In this document: positions 51,543 to 64,000 of the stretch, piece after piece
Layout: each line of letters opens with the position of its first letter
Position numbering within the stretch: position 1 is the stretch's first letter
DNA from: Octopus sinensis
Lineage: Eukaryota
Length of the DNA stretch: 64,000 nucleotides
NCBI RefSeq assembly: GCF_006345805.1
Contig: NC_043015.1
Span: 37,758,001 to 37,822,000 of the forward strand
Direction of reading: 5' to 3'
Notes under the pieces: model-generated
What the model was told of the DNA's origin: nothing
What the model saw: only the letters and a program-made list of their open reading frames with translations
Database searches by the model: none
Translations under genes and position numbers: made by a program

Positions 51543-51687
51543 ATTTGAGACAAAACCACTATTTTGCAAAACAAACAAGGAAAGACTTAATCAATACATA
51601 AAATTTATTTTTTGACTATTTATTAAATTTTATGTATTGATTAAGTCTTTCCTTGTTTGTTTTGCAAAATAGTGTTTTGTCTCAAAT
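51543..51687. repeat. near-perfect hairpin, 65-bp stem, 16-nt loop
   Basis: 51543-51607 and 51624-51687 are reverse complements except one extra C in the left arm. Confidence 0.95.
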
Positions 51688-51688
51688 A

Positions 51689-51721
<33 letters not shown>

Positions 51722-51725
51722 CATC

Positions 51726-51757
<32 letters not shown>

Positions 51758-53034
51758 ATATATATATTATATATATATTATATATATAATATATATATAT
51801 ATATATAATATATATATATATATCTGTTATTTCAGTTGAAGTATATATATATATATATATATATATAAATATATGTATATAGGCCCCTCGCCCTGACTGG
51901 ATCCTGTGCTGGTGGCACATAAAAAGCACCATCCAAACGTGGCTGATACCAGTGCCCCCTTGACTGGCTCCCATGCCGGTGGCACATAAAAGCACCATCC
52001 AAATGTGATCGATGACAGCTCCACTTCACACTTGGAGTGGTTGGCATTAGCAAGGGCATCCAGCTGTAGCTGGTGCAACCGCCTGGCTTCCCAGACCACA
52101 GTCAAACTTTCCAACCCATAGTAAACGGACCTTAAACGATGATGATGATGATATATGTATATATATTATATATATATATATATATATATGTAGGCTCAGG
52201 AGTGGGTGTGTGGTAAGAAGCTTGCTTCCCAACCACATAGTTCTGGGTTCATTCCCATTGCGTGGCACCTTGAGCAAGAGTTTCCCACTACACTCTCAGC
52301 CTGACCAAAACCTTATGAGTGGATTCTGTTGACTATTCATCTTGTCAGCTGCTGTTGAAGCAAAGGCAGTTACTCAAGCAGCTGTATAATAGATTGATAT
52401 ATATATATATATAGCCTAATGTTTGATATGGAATTTGACCAGAAAAGGACAGAGTAATGAACCATGGTCTCTTCATATCTCACTGAGAACTAACAAATGT
52501 CTTTAGAAATATTAGGGGAAATACTTTCAGCATTGTCTAATCTGGAGGAGCAATATAAGTTAGGGATGCTTTAATAATGCCTGTGCGTGTAATCATATTT
52601 ATGCATATCTTTGTGTGTGTCTGTGGGTGGGCAAATGAAAGAGGCTCTCAATGCACTTAGTAGGAGTTGCATGTATTATTAGTATTATTTTGATTTGGTC
52701 CTGAGCCCAACAAGCTAGGTTCCTGTTACAAGCCTACATAACTTCAAGTTGCATGGAGCTGAATCATAATGTTTTAAATAATATTAATAATAATAATATT
52801 GATAATAATCAATAAAATAAACAGCCACCAGTAGGCAAAATAACCAACTGAAACACTGCAAACAGACCCCATAAAGAAACAAACTGATGCAATACAACAC
52901 CAGGAAGAGTTTGCACTCCCCCAATCACAAAAAGGAACACACAATACTGCACACACCCCAGCAACACAGAAGTGTAGCAGGGGATGCAGAGGAAATTTGC
53001 CTCAATCTACCAAATGTTCAATAATAATGATAAT

Positions 53035-53420
53035 AGGGTTACAGCAAATATTCTGCTCAATGCCACAGGTTTACTTGTCAGTTGCTTGACCATAACTAGT
53101 TGAACATGTCCCTTCGTGACTGATGATATGTGCATCTCTGATCACAAAGAGGAGTAGTAGGGAAGCATGATAGACATGTATTGAGAGAAATTCTTTGGGA
53201 TTTGAAAATTTACCTGTGGAAACAGGTGTTTCATTCATTGTCCTTAATCTTTATTCAGAGATCTTTTGAGTGAGATGCACTACTTAACATGAAAAGCATT
53301 CTAACTGGGCCCCACCTACAAGGCCATGCACTCTTTATCTTGATATGAGATCGCTATGTCATGCATACAGTTGTGAGGCATCTGCCGGCTGTACCCTTAT
53401 GATGGGTAGATTAGGGTTCA
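53035..53420 (+). mobile_element. family E 5' part, directly followed by module T (53420-53680) and SINE A (53695-54000)
   Basis: Homology to 18065-18372 (inverted) and to the T and A copies elsewhere. Confidence 0.65.
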
Positions 53421-54422
53421 TGAAGGCACCTGTCTCGGTGGCATGTGTAAAAGGATTCGAACGAGGTTGTTGCCAGTACCGCCTGACTGCCCCCTCCCTC
53501 GTGTCAGTGGCACGTAAAAGCACCCACTACACTCTTGGGGTGGTTGCCGTTAGGAAGGGCATCCAGCTGTAGAAACTCTGCCAGATCCAGATTGGAGCCT
53601 GGTTCGCCAGACCTCAGTCAAATCGTCCAACCCATGCCAGCATGGAAAGCGGATGTTAAACGATGATGATGATGATGATGATAGAGACAGGTACAAGCAT
53701 GGCTGTGTGGTTAAGAAACATGCTTTACAAACCATGTGATTCTGGGTTCAGTCCCACTGCGTGGCACTTTGGGCAAGGTCTTCTGCTGTACATCTAAGCT
53801 GACCAATGTCTTGTGAACGAATTTGGTTGACAGAAATTGTATGGAAGCCAGTCCTGCAATCTTTACCTTTGCATACACACACGCTGCACTCACTGCCACT
53901 TGACAACTAGTGTCTGTTTGGGTTCCCGTAACTTACCGTTTCAGTGAAAGAGACCGATAAAATAAGCACCAGGCTAAGGAAATTGGTCCTGGAATCGATT
54001 TGACGGAAACAAGTGAAATTAGAAAGTGTGTGTGTGTGTGTGTGTGTGTGTGAAGGTGTCTATGTGCATGGTTTACGTACGTTCTCGTATCTATGCGTGT
54101 GTGTGTGTGTATGCTTCCCTCTTTGTAGGCTTTATGTAATAAGAACACTCCAATTCGCTCGTCTGCTTCAGTCATTTTTAAAGGTCGATTGTAGAAGGTA
54201 TGATGCTTCCATACATTTGTGTGCGCGCGCGTCAACTTCTATCTTCTTTTGTTTACTGCAAGTTTCTCGTAATATCTTTATTGTATATGTAATGGCCCTT
54301 CACCGCAACAAGGTGCTTTGTTGAATTGGCCGTTGACTACTCATTAGTTCTCCCACCCTTTAAAGGGTCTTATTTTACATCCTACAGGGTGTTCAACAAT
54401 CACCGTCCTCCCCAAGCAACTT

Positions 54423-54544
54423 GATGGGTTTGCCAGTAAATTAAGTACCAGTTACGCACTGGGTCGATGTAATCGACTTAATCCGTTTGTCTGTCCTTGT
54501 TTAGCCCCTTGTGGGTAGTAAAGAAACAGATGGGTTTGCCAGTA
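54423..54544 (+). mobile_element. 5'-truncated SINE family D-related 3' end with exact 16-bp TSD
   Basis: GATGGGTTTGCCAGTA occurs at 54423-54438 and 54529-54544, flanking a 90-bp SINE 3' segment. Confidence 0.85.
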
Positions 54545-54884
54545 TAGTCGCCGACGACCCGACCATGCTGGAGGCAGAGAAATCTTCCGGCAGGTCGAAG
54601 GATAGGAGACACACAAAACCTTCAGCGTTAGAGGAGTAAACCCCCAACGACGGTAAATCGAAGGGTCGGCAGCAGGGCGTGGATTTAGGGATCAGCGGGA
54701 CCTAACAGATCAGATTCCTGGCTTTCAACCAACAGGATGTCAGGCAGAGGATCTTGAAATATGAGACAATGGACGAGACCCTGATATTCCTAGTTAGACG
54801 GAAACTGTGGGACCACACGGAGCAACGGTCCTGTGGATCCTACAGTATGCGCAACTGAAACCCCTTGCGATAGATAGAAGATAG

Positions 54885-55010
54885 ATATATTTCTTTACTA
54901 CCCGCAAGGGGCTAAGGACAGACAAACGGATTAAGTCGATTACATCGACCCCAGTGCGTAACTGGTACTTAATTTATCGACCCCGAAAGGATGAAAGGCA
55001 AAGTCGACCT
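54885..55010 (-). mobile_element. SINE family D-related 3' half, inverted relative to 54439-54528
   Basis: Reverse complement reads TCGATAAATTAAGTACCAGTTACGCACTGGGGTCGATGTAATCGACTTAATCCGTTTGTCTGTCC...GGGTAGTAAAGAAA. Confidence 0.85.
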
Positions 55011-57099
55011 CTAGATAGATAGATAGATTTCTTTATTAGCCACACAGGGCTGAACACAGACAGATAGATAGATAGATAGATTTACTGTATAAATATGTTC
55101 TTTGCGTGTTGCAGAGCATTTTTTGTTTTAATGTGTCTCCCGTCGTTGTTGTTGGTTTAAATGAATGCATATCAAAACAGTTTAGATGTGGTGTGGGAAT
55201 GGAAATCAATGAAGAGAGAGAAAAAGAGTCACTCTGTCAAGCAAATTTCTGATTCCTCTGTGCATCCGTAGTAGAGATTGTCCAACGAATTTGTATACTG
55301 TTTCGCTATTGCATTTCTTCCTCCCACCTCTTCTACTCCCCTTCTTATTCTTCTGCTTGTCTTTCTCTCTCTTCCCCTCTGCTTTTTTCCTCCAACTTTC
55401 TCTTTCTCTATGTTTATATCGTAACTTCTATTTTCAACTACTATCACTACAACCCCTCTAGTTATTCTTTCCTCCTCTCTTTTCCCCTTACAGTTTTCAC
55501 CTTACTCTCTTCCTCTCTCTTTAATCTCGTACTGCCACTAACTCTCTCTCCTCCCTCCCCTTCCTCCCTCTACCTATATCAAACACTTGACTCGCTCGTT
55601 GTTCGCCTCATCCGGGTACTTCCAGCAAGCGCTAGTTCTCATGTAAAAAGCCAGTTCTGCATCAGTTTAGCTTCGTACACGACCGGCCTTCTCCGTAACA
55701 ACATTTGTCTTCAAAACAAAAAAAGTTAAAATTAATATTATTATATTTTACAGTTAGAATAATAATGTTATTTTAGAGTGAAAAAAAAAATTATACACAC
55801 ACACACACATATTTTGCATTTTTTTCTTAATAATCAGGAGGGGAAGCATTACTTTTCCGCCATCATTTTAAAAATATATAAAAAAAAAATTGTAATTTTT
55901 TTTTTTAAAATTTCATTATATCGTAGTATTAATTAAAAAGATTGCAATTGTAGGAAATAAGCTGAAGAGAGTGTATAAAATTATCAAAATATTTTTGAAA
56001 AAGATAAGACAAAAAAAATATAAGATGAAATAACGTGTTTTTTTTGTACGAAAAGTTTTAGCTTACAAAAGAAAATTTTCTTTGAGTCCTGGAACGGATA
56101 TTTAAAAAAAAAATTACATGTTATTAATAATATTATTATTACCATTACCTCTGTCGGAACAAAGGAATAATAGTAAATACGACGCGAAGATCACTTAACT
56201 CTACTTGCTCCTATGTGATATCCTATCGCCTCTACCGTTACTTTTTTTTACCAGTGAGATATCCAGCCGTATATAGAACCACCCGCTTGTCGGCGACTGC
56301 TTTGGGATATGTGTTGTGAAATTTTGTAGAACTTAATGATTTATACTGCTTTTTTTTTTTTAATCTATATTTTTATGACCGGGTGCTTAAAAAAAATAAT
56401 CTGTGTTTGATATCCTGCATCGGATAAAAACTACACATATCTATGTGTATGTTTTATATTACCATTACGGCTGGAACCAAGGATTAATGTAATAAATACT
56501 ACACAACTTTGTCATCTGTTTTCTTGCGATATCAATCAATAATTAAGACACTTATCAACAGCAAGACTTTTGGATATATTCTATGAGAAATAACTTTCTC
56601 TCACAGCTTTAGCACTTTTTTTTCTCTTCTATTAAAGGATAACTTTCCACAGTTCACTGCAAAAGGATTATCTATTGTGTGCAAAATTTTTAATTTTTTT
56701 TTTTTTTCAACAAAATTAAAGAGAGATTATCCCTGTCCCAGTGAAAAAAAAAATCCACCTATTCTCATTTGGATATCAAAATTTATAACGCGGATGTTCG
56801 TACAAGTCCGCCTGTGTCCGTAAAAGGAAAGCAACTTTTTTTTTAATTCTCTCAACCCCCCCATCCCTCCCTCCCTCCCAACTCTTAAATTTCTGCAACT
56901 CTCTTGAGTAATTCACCTCTTATCGCACCCCCACCCTTCTTTTTTTTTGTTTTACCTTTTATTAAATTATCAAATTCACTTCGGAGTTGTTCGTTCAAGT
57001 CCGTGAGTGTCTGTAAAAGGAATTTATATACATGCATATATATATGTGTGGTATATATATTTATATAAAGCCCCATATTCTACTTAATCTTTTGCTATA

Positions 57100-58160
57100 A
57101 AACTCTTCTCTTATCTTACACTTTCGTACTTTTCCGCCGCCGTCGCCGCCGATTTACCTCGCACTTTCTGCCTCGTCCGTACTCCCCCTCTCTCTCTCTC
57201 TCTATTTACTGTGCCTTCCACTCCCTTTACTAACACACCTATCCCCGCTACCGTTTCTCTTTAATCTTTCTGCCTTCCCCCCTCATGTTGTTTTACAGTT
57301 CTTTCCTCTTCCTTCCCCCCATATTCTAATTTTTTAATCTTCTCTCTTTCTCTCTACTCATCCTTCTGCTCTCACTCCGCTTCTCTTTTTAGTCTATCAC
57401 TCAGAGAATAATTCCTCTTCCTTCTAATTCACTCTCTTACTCTGTCTTTTTACTCCTACCACTCTAATAAACACCTCATCCTTCACTCATTTATACACTC
57501 CTACCTTCATTCTCTCTTAGACATCAAACTACCTCCTACTTTTACTCTCACTCACATATTACTTTGTCACTACTCACTCTCTTTATCCCTCTCATATTAT
57601 ATTAGTTCCACTCTCTCATATTATATATTTCCTCTCAGTGCTACTACAACTCAAACTATTACTTTACCTCTTTCCCCGACTCTCTCCCTCCTACTCCATC
57701 AACAATATATATATTTTCAATTTATCACGCACACTCTCTCATATTACATTTGCTCTTTCTCTCACCCTCTCGGTACTACTACTCCTACTCCAACCGTTTC
57801 TCTACACTCTTCCCCAACACACACTCTCTCTCTCTCTCTCTCTCAGTTGCTGCTACTACTCCCAACACTTCACCTCTTCCTCCAACTCTCTTTCCCTCCT
57901 ACTCCGTCTCCAGTATATATACATTTCCACTTTATCACGCACACTCTCTCGTATTACATTCGCTCTCTCTCTCACCCTCTCGGCCCATACTACTACTACT
58001 ACTACTACTCCCACTCCGACCATTTCTTCATACACGCTCTCTCTCTCTCAGTCGCTAGTGCTGCTGCTACTCCCAGCACTCCACCTTTTCTTCCTCCCCC
58101 TCTCACTCGCCCGCTCGCTCGCACTGTCTGCAAATTCCTCCTCCTCCTCCTCCTCCTCCC
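57100..58160 (+). repeat. 1-kb polypyrimidine tract containing an approximately 205-bp tandem duplication
   Basis: TTTATCACGCACACTCTCTC...CTCTCACCCTCTCGG at about 57720 and 57929. CTCTCTCAGT...CTACTCCCA at about 57838 and 58045. Confidence 0.8.
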
Positions 58161-58164
58161 CCCC

Positions 58165-58234
58165 TCAGTTTCACACATCCGGGTATCGCAGAGCGGCTAC
58201 CCCGCGTGGAGACGGTTTTTTTACCGCCATTTGC
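58165..58234 (+). promoter_or_regulatory. candidate Pol II core promoter: Inr TCAGTT, ETS-like CATCCGGGTA, YY1 motif CCGCCATTT
   Basis: TCAGTT at 58165-58170 (protostome Inr consensus TCAKTY), CCGCCATTTGC at 58224-58234, and locally CpG-rich sequence. Confidence 0.6.
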
Positions 58235-58309
58235 AACTGAAGCAAGTGGTTTTTCTGGAGAGACGTTTGGACTCGACGCGCTTTTTTTCTCGGTGGTGTT
58301 TTGAAAATA

Positions 58310-58317
58310 ATGAACGG
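58310..58317 (+). CDS. candidate first coding exon segment (Met-Asn-Gly, phase 2) of an unidentified gene
   Basis: AAAATA-ATG-AAC-GG|GTGAGT. A at -3, consensus donor at 58318, first ATG downstream of the candidate Inr (exon about 58167-58317). Confidence 0.55.
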
Positions 58318-59116
58318 GTGAGTAAAGACACACAATGAACACACCTTCATCCTCCTCGCTGCCCCATCTGTGATTTCTTCCCCCCCCGAATGACATGTTC
58401 CCATTATTTTATTCCGTCTCCTTTGAAACAACACAACTTCCTTTACAAATCTCCACCGAAAAACTAATGAAACAGCACAATGGGGGGGGGGGACTTATAC
58501 ATACATGTGTGTGTCTATATATGTGTATGTATATGTATGTGTATGTGTTCCTGTTATTTATCATGTATACACATAGGCTACAAGTACACAATGGTGTCTA
58601 TGTGTGTATATATATATATATATACACTTTTATAAATGCAATGTAAGCGTATATATATATAATTCTACACGAGTTCAGTGTGTATGTATGCAACTACATA
58701 TATATATATACACACAACTAGATATATATATATACACATACAACTACATATATATATACACACATACAACTATACATACACATACAACTACATATATATA
58801 TATATATATACTCACACAACTATACATACATATATATATACACATGTATAAACTTACGTAATTGTGTCCACAGCTATATGAATATGTATGTGAGCATTTA
58901 CAACTGTTTGTTTATGTATAAACTTATATATGTCTGTAATATCCATGTGTGCGGATATATATATGTATATACATGATGTGTGGGCACGAGTACATGTAGT
59001 GTGTAATTATATGTATATAATGATTTCTACAAGAGGAAATTACTGGCCATTCAGAAAAAAATCTATAAATTTGTTAAAAGATCACTGGTCATATTACTTT
59101 GTAACAATGTCATTAG

Positions 59117-59151
<35 letters not shown>

Positions 59152-59777
59152 CATACACACGTGTGTATAGCTTGTCTATATAACTATGTATGTTTGATTC
59201 TTGTATATATATATATATATATATCCTAATAGTAGATGTGATACATGTGTGTTTAAGAATATACGTGTATATTCTTTAGACATGAGATATGTGACTAAAA
59301 CTTCACGCCCATATCTTTAATGTGTGTGTATATATATATATATACACACGTGTAGGAAGTAGTGTTTGTAACTTATCCTAGATATGTGTATATATATAGT
59401 CAGACACACGTGTAACTTATGCATATGTAATTTTACACACAGAGTGTATATAAGGTTATATATAGTATCCTCCTCCCTATACGTGGGTTTTTTTTTCAGA
59501 TTTTACCTGTGTGTATAACTTGTATTTCTTCTTTTTGAAAGTAATATATCTATTCGTGTGATTTTTATACACCACCCTGTGCGTGTGTGTTTGTATGTAT
59601 ATATTTATATATAGCTTGAGAGTTTTAAATGGCCTTCCCATCTGAAATCTTGGCATATTTGTTCTTTTATAAACCACATGGTAGATGGAGAAAGCGGATG
59701 TATATAACATGCGTCTATGATGCATAGTGTAATTAAATATCATATATATCTATAGTCTTTGTTTAAACTGATGTGTT

Positions 59778-59811
<34 letters not shown>

Positions 59812-60583
59812 AGAAATGATAGACGTTCTGGCTGATAAATGAGCTTGCGTGTTAACTATCCTCGATATACAGACATGTATATATACACACACATAGTAGT
59901 CATGAATTGGTGACTTGTGTTATACACGCGCGCAGCGGGCTTGGTGATACAAGGAAGCGTTCGCAGTGCTAAAGTTCATATATATACATATATGTGTGTG
60001 TGTGTGTTTGTTTTATACACGCTTGTATTCTGCTCTACGCATTCAGAAATCGTCTTATTCGCGCGATAGTGTTTATACAGATTCAGAGGTTAGTTGGATT
60101 TTATATATGTATGTATATGTGTGAAACACGGGCACATGGCTTTGGTATTCAGTGTGTGTATGTTTCATACACACACACAGATACAGATATATACATATGT
60201 ATATATATATACATATATATATATATAATCTGTATTAGTAAGCACTTGGTGTTCGTAGATTAGTCACTTTTCCTTTGTCTGCTCTTCGCTCCTTCTTCCC
60301 CGTTGCCCTCTCTCTTTCTTTGAACAAGATCTGTGGTCAGAAACAATCCTGCCATGACCATCCCGCCTTTGTGTCTCTGTTTTTAGTCTCTACATAGTTT
60401 GGGTTGGATTTGCCTGCTATTTCTAGCGGGTTGCAGTGACCACATCGTGGCTTTTCTCTCTTTCTGTTGGTTCGTATTTGTTTATTAGTAATGAAGGGGG
60501 GGGGCACCTTCTGTGGCCTTTTTCTTTTTTTTTTCCCTTCCTCTCCATATGTCTTGGTCCGGCGTATATGTTAGAAGTCAACT

Positions 60584-60698
60584 TGACGTGATTGGATGTG
60601 ATCAATAACGATCTAGAAAGGGGGAAGAGTGTCATTAATCGATTAGACGGACCACGGTATATAACTGGTATCCTTGTTGACCTCCAGACAAATGGCGG
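60584..60698 (+). promoter_or_regulatory. second candidate promoter: CRE-like TGACGTG plus inverted CCAAT, and YY1 motif CAAATGGCGG
   Basis: TGACGTGATTGG at 60584-60595 and CAAATGGCGG at 60689-60698. Confidence 0.4.
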
Positions 60699-60921
60699 AT
60701 ATGATGGGTTTTTTGTTTTTTATTTTAACATTGGTTGAAAGCCATTAACGTTGAGAAGGGCGAGGGAAAAATTATTCGAGGTGTATCGATTAGATCGATG
60801 CACGTTTGTCGATTGGTGATTTTAAAGTTCTCATCGCCCCGGTCTTTAAAATACAACATCGATCTCTATCCTGGGTTCGAACCCACAACCTGCAGAAGAA
60901 ACCTAAATAATAACGCAAGTC

Positions 60922-60938
60922 ATGTTCATGGAAACTGA
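60922..60938 (+). CDS. candidate alternative first coding exon segment (MFMET(E/D), phase 2)
   Basis: ATGTTCATGGAAACTGA|GTGAGT with donor at 60939. Same phase as 58310-58317 from either ATG. Confidence 0.35.
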
Positions 60939-62198
60939 GTGAGTATATATTATTTAGTGAGTGTATATTGTCTGGCTTTAGCTGGGCGCTGGCTGAACTG
61001 ATTGTGTGTGTGTGTGTGTGTAGAACTCGTCCATAAAGTTGTATTACTTTGTGTGTGTGGGTGTATAATGTAAACGCTTCCTCTGTGTGTATGTGTGGTG
61101 TGTTTGTAATGTCTATATATGTGTGAGTGTATATAGTGTTGGTCGGTTTGATGTGTATAAAAAAAAGCTAATGTAATAACACAGCGGCGTTCTTTTCTCT
61201 ATTAATCACAGCAACGACTCTTGACAGCTCTTTAAAGCACAGCCATTTGTGCAGTACACATATACACTCACTCACACACATGGTTATTAGTTACTAATCT
61301 AGTGTGTGTGTTTGAAATAGACTGTCATTACACACACACAGTGTACGTTGGTGTAGAACCTAAAAACTGCTTGATGTCTGCAACAAAGCTGTCATGCACA
61401 TTTACATACATACACATACATTGCACAATGTCTTGTGGCTGGAACTTGCATGACCATTCTGGCCAAATGTTTTGAACCCCTTTCTTCAGTTTTCTGGCCC
61501 CCTTTATTTTCACTAAAGCATGTTTAATGGGTCCTCACTCACCACACTGCTTAGTCTTGCTGTATGTATTAAACTCACACACACATGCATTGGTGCGCAG
61601 AGTTACCCCTGTGGTTCGATGTACGCGTGTGTATAATATGTCCAATCTTCGGTTTGATCGGACCCAGTCAACGCTAACAGATGCAGGCCAGTGGATACGA
61701 CATTCCAAATATGACCGTTCCGCCGTTGTTAGCTTGCTGGGATGATTGTCAGAGGGAGATTGAGCCTTTATTTCTTTTAGGACCCCTTTGTTGTCTGTAC
61801 CATGTGGTGCTCGTGGCATGTCTCTGTCTTGAAGGTAGCGATAAGATCGAACCCCTGAACTGCGGTAGAGGGCAGGGTCTGGTTTAGTCTCTCCCTCTCC
61901 CCTCTTTTGTGGTTCTGGCAGACGATCTCTTCTTGGTGAGACTGTTTCTGTATAAAGTTTGCTTTTGGCTGGCATGTTTCAGTGGAGAGAGAAACGACAT
62001 AGCAAGCACACACACGCATATTACGCGCGTGTGTGTGTAAAGCCTTTTGGATGGAGAGTGTATAAATTATATTGTAAGAAATCTCTTTTAATGCACCCAT
62101 ATATGATAAACTTACTGTGTGTGTGTATTTTGATGTCTGGAGTATCATGACTACTTTCAGATATCGAAACTGCTTTAAAAATTTTTTGTATCTGCGTG

Positions 62199-62248
<50 letters not shown>

Positions 62249-64000
62249 TGCACGCAAGGGAAGCTTGCATATTTCTTGGCTGTGGTGACAATGTCTCTTT
62301 AAACCTTATGTATTATATTGAACTGCTGCTGTTGTGTGTGTGTGTATAGCTAAGCGTGTATATGAATGTATAGATAATGCATGTGTATGATATGAACTGC
62401 TTCACACCCACAATCCAGAGTAGAGCAGTTAGTTGCTTTCACACCCACACATTCAGATGTTTTACGCATGTGTGTGTGTATATATATATACACACACACA
62501 CACACACATGTATATCAATTATAGGTACACACACATTGGTGATTGTGCAGTTAGCGGCTTGGTGTGGTATATTTTTAAGGCAGGTCTTTAAACTAAAAAG
62601 ATTTTCTCCCTGATATCAAAACTGGAAACAATTTTGAGTGTGTAGATTAGAGACAAAGACTCTATTCTACCAAACACTGGAACTGGATTTAACTTCCACT
62701 TGTCTCTCTCTCTCTCTCTCTCTTTATCTGAGGTTGATATCTAAATATTTTAAATATGGTGCTGCCTTCTCCTCTCTGAAATTCTAAAATTACTCGAGAT
62801 AGACAGCCAGCTTTTTGTCTCTCTCTCTCTCTCTCTCTCTCTTTCACTATATGGGAAGTTCTTTGTGTTTGTGTGTGGACTGTATTGAAGATGGTGGGGT
62901 GGGTGTTGTGTAACCCGATGCTACCCGATCCAGCAGGCCTGTGAGTCAATTCTGACCATCCCATACAGTAGGTTGTAGTTTAGAGGTAGCATAGCTACTA
63001 TTTCTAGCTCTTCAAGCGACCATGTAAAAGCTCTCGTCTAGTTCTGTTGTGTGTGTGCAGATTATTCGACAAATGTGTGTATACATACAGCCAGTCTCTG
63101 AGTTACGAATTTGTTATACGAAGCAGTTACACGTTCTGTTCGTATCTCGCATCACTTTACGAAGTGGTTTGTCTTACGGCATTGTGTGTGTATGTATATA
63201 GACTTCAGTTTTATTTTATGTAGTGTTTATAATTGTGTATATATATATATATGTACGCACAGCTTTTCGTTGTGTCGCAACGCCTTCCGCTTCGTTACGA
63301 ACTACTGCTGCGAGTCGAATTTTTAATGTCATTCTTTAATAGAGGCCTGTCCGTAACCCGAGGACTACCTGTATTATTTATGTGTGTATAAAAAGAAATC
63401 TACCGTGTTCACCCTATACATTCATTTGAGTGTGTGTATAGGTACATATTTGCCAACATGAAATGGCTATTGTGAAGAAGCAATGGTACGGCCACACGAA
63501 AAGTATTCCTGGATTTTTCAGTTGTCAAGAAAATGTGTGCCGCCGTCTTTGAAAAAGGAGGGCGGGCGGGTTGTTCCATAGAATGTGTGTGAAGCATTGC
63601 TTGACCTAGTGTTGCTATGGTCCCTCCTTGTCTGTCTAGAGAGGAAGGGAAAGAGGAGAGTGCAGGAAGGACATGTGGCGGTGGCGATGGCGGACTTTTT
63701 TTTTTTTTAGAAATGAAACAAATGGCTTTCTATATCTTTGACAGACACACACTGCTGGCTTTTAAATTAATGTGAAAGGACTTCTCTGTCGATTTAACAC
63801 GACATACTTTCTTATATATAATTAACATGTGTGATAATATATATTTATGGAGATAAACAGTTCCTGGCTTGTTAACCCTGTTCTATAGCATTACTCACTG
63901 GCTTTTTAAATTTCTTTTTCTTTTCGTTTTTACCTAAGGGTACGTTCTATTTTGATAAAGCATGTGTGTGTGTGTGTGTATGTATATATATATAACACGC

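Noticed and set aside
57638-58338. 200-aa and 163-aa ORFs over the candidate promoter
   Set aside because: Non-ATG or low-complexity Leu/Ser/Pro translations of the polypyrimidine tract.
60865-60895. GGTTGTGGGTTCGAACCC (minus strand) resembling a tRNA T-arm
   Set aside because: No D-arm or acceptor stem. It is only an isolated B-box-like sequence.

Overview
This is AT-rich eukaryotic DNA packed with (TA)n, (CA)n, (GA)n, (TAA)n, (TAG)n, (TATG)n and (GATA)n microsatellites and tRNA-derived SINEs. The repeat landscape suggests an octopus (coleoid cephalopod); that assignment is inference from recognising the repeats, not a database hit. No intact protein-coding gene is visible. Almost every ORF in the supplied track is a microsatellite translation or a decayed transposon. 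Recognisable mobile elements: a mariner 5' end (1-389), a full-length decayed Tc1 with both TIRs (34072-35341), a Tigger/pogo relic, a 399-bp hAT-type MITE with an exact 8-bp TSD (29960-30358), RTE, CR1, R4/Dong-like and Penelope-like retroelement fragments, a Helentron-like 278-bp tandem repeat, and several SINE or SINE-like families (my labels A, R, H, D, T, E). The right end (about 55.3-64 kb) looks like the 5' end of a + strand gene, with an Inr, a YY1 motif and a tiny first coding exon (ATGAACGG|GTGAGT) plus a second same-phase candidate first exon. The most interesting unexplained structures are a cluster of hammerhead-ribozyme-like motifs in Penelope-type relics, several long fold-back hairpins (possible ADAR or small-RNA substrates), and two CTCF-like sites. 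A 100-N assembly gap lies at 21213-21312. I cannot support a wholly new biological system; the findings are testable leads. Boundaries of decayed repeats are approximate.
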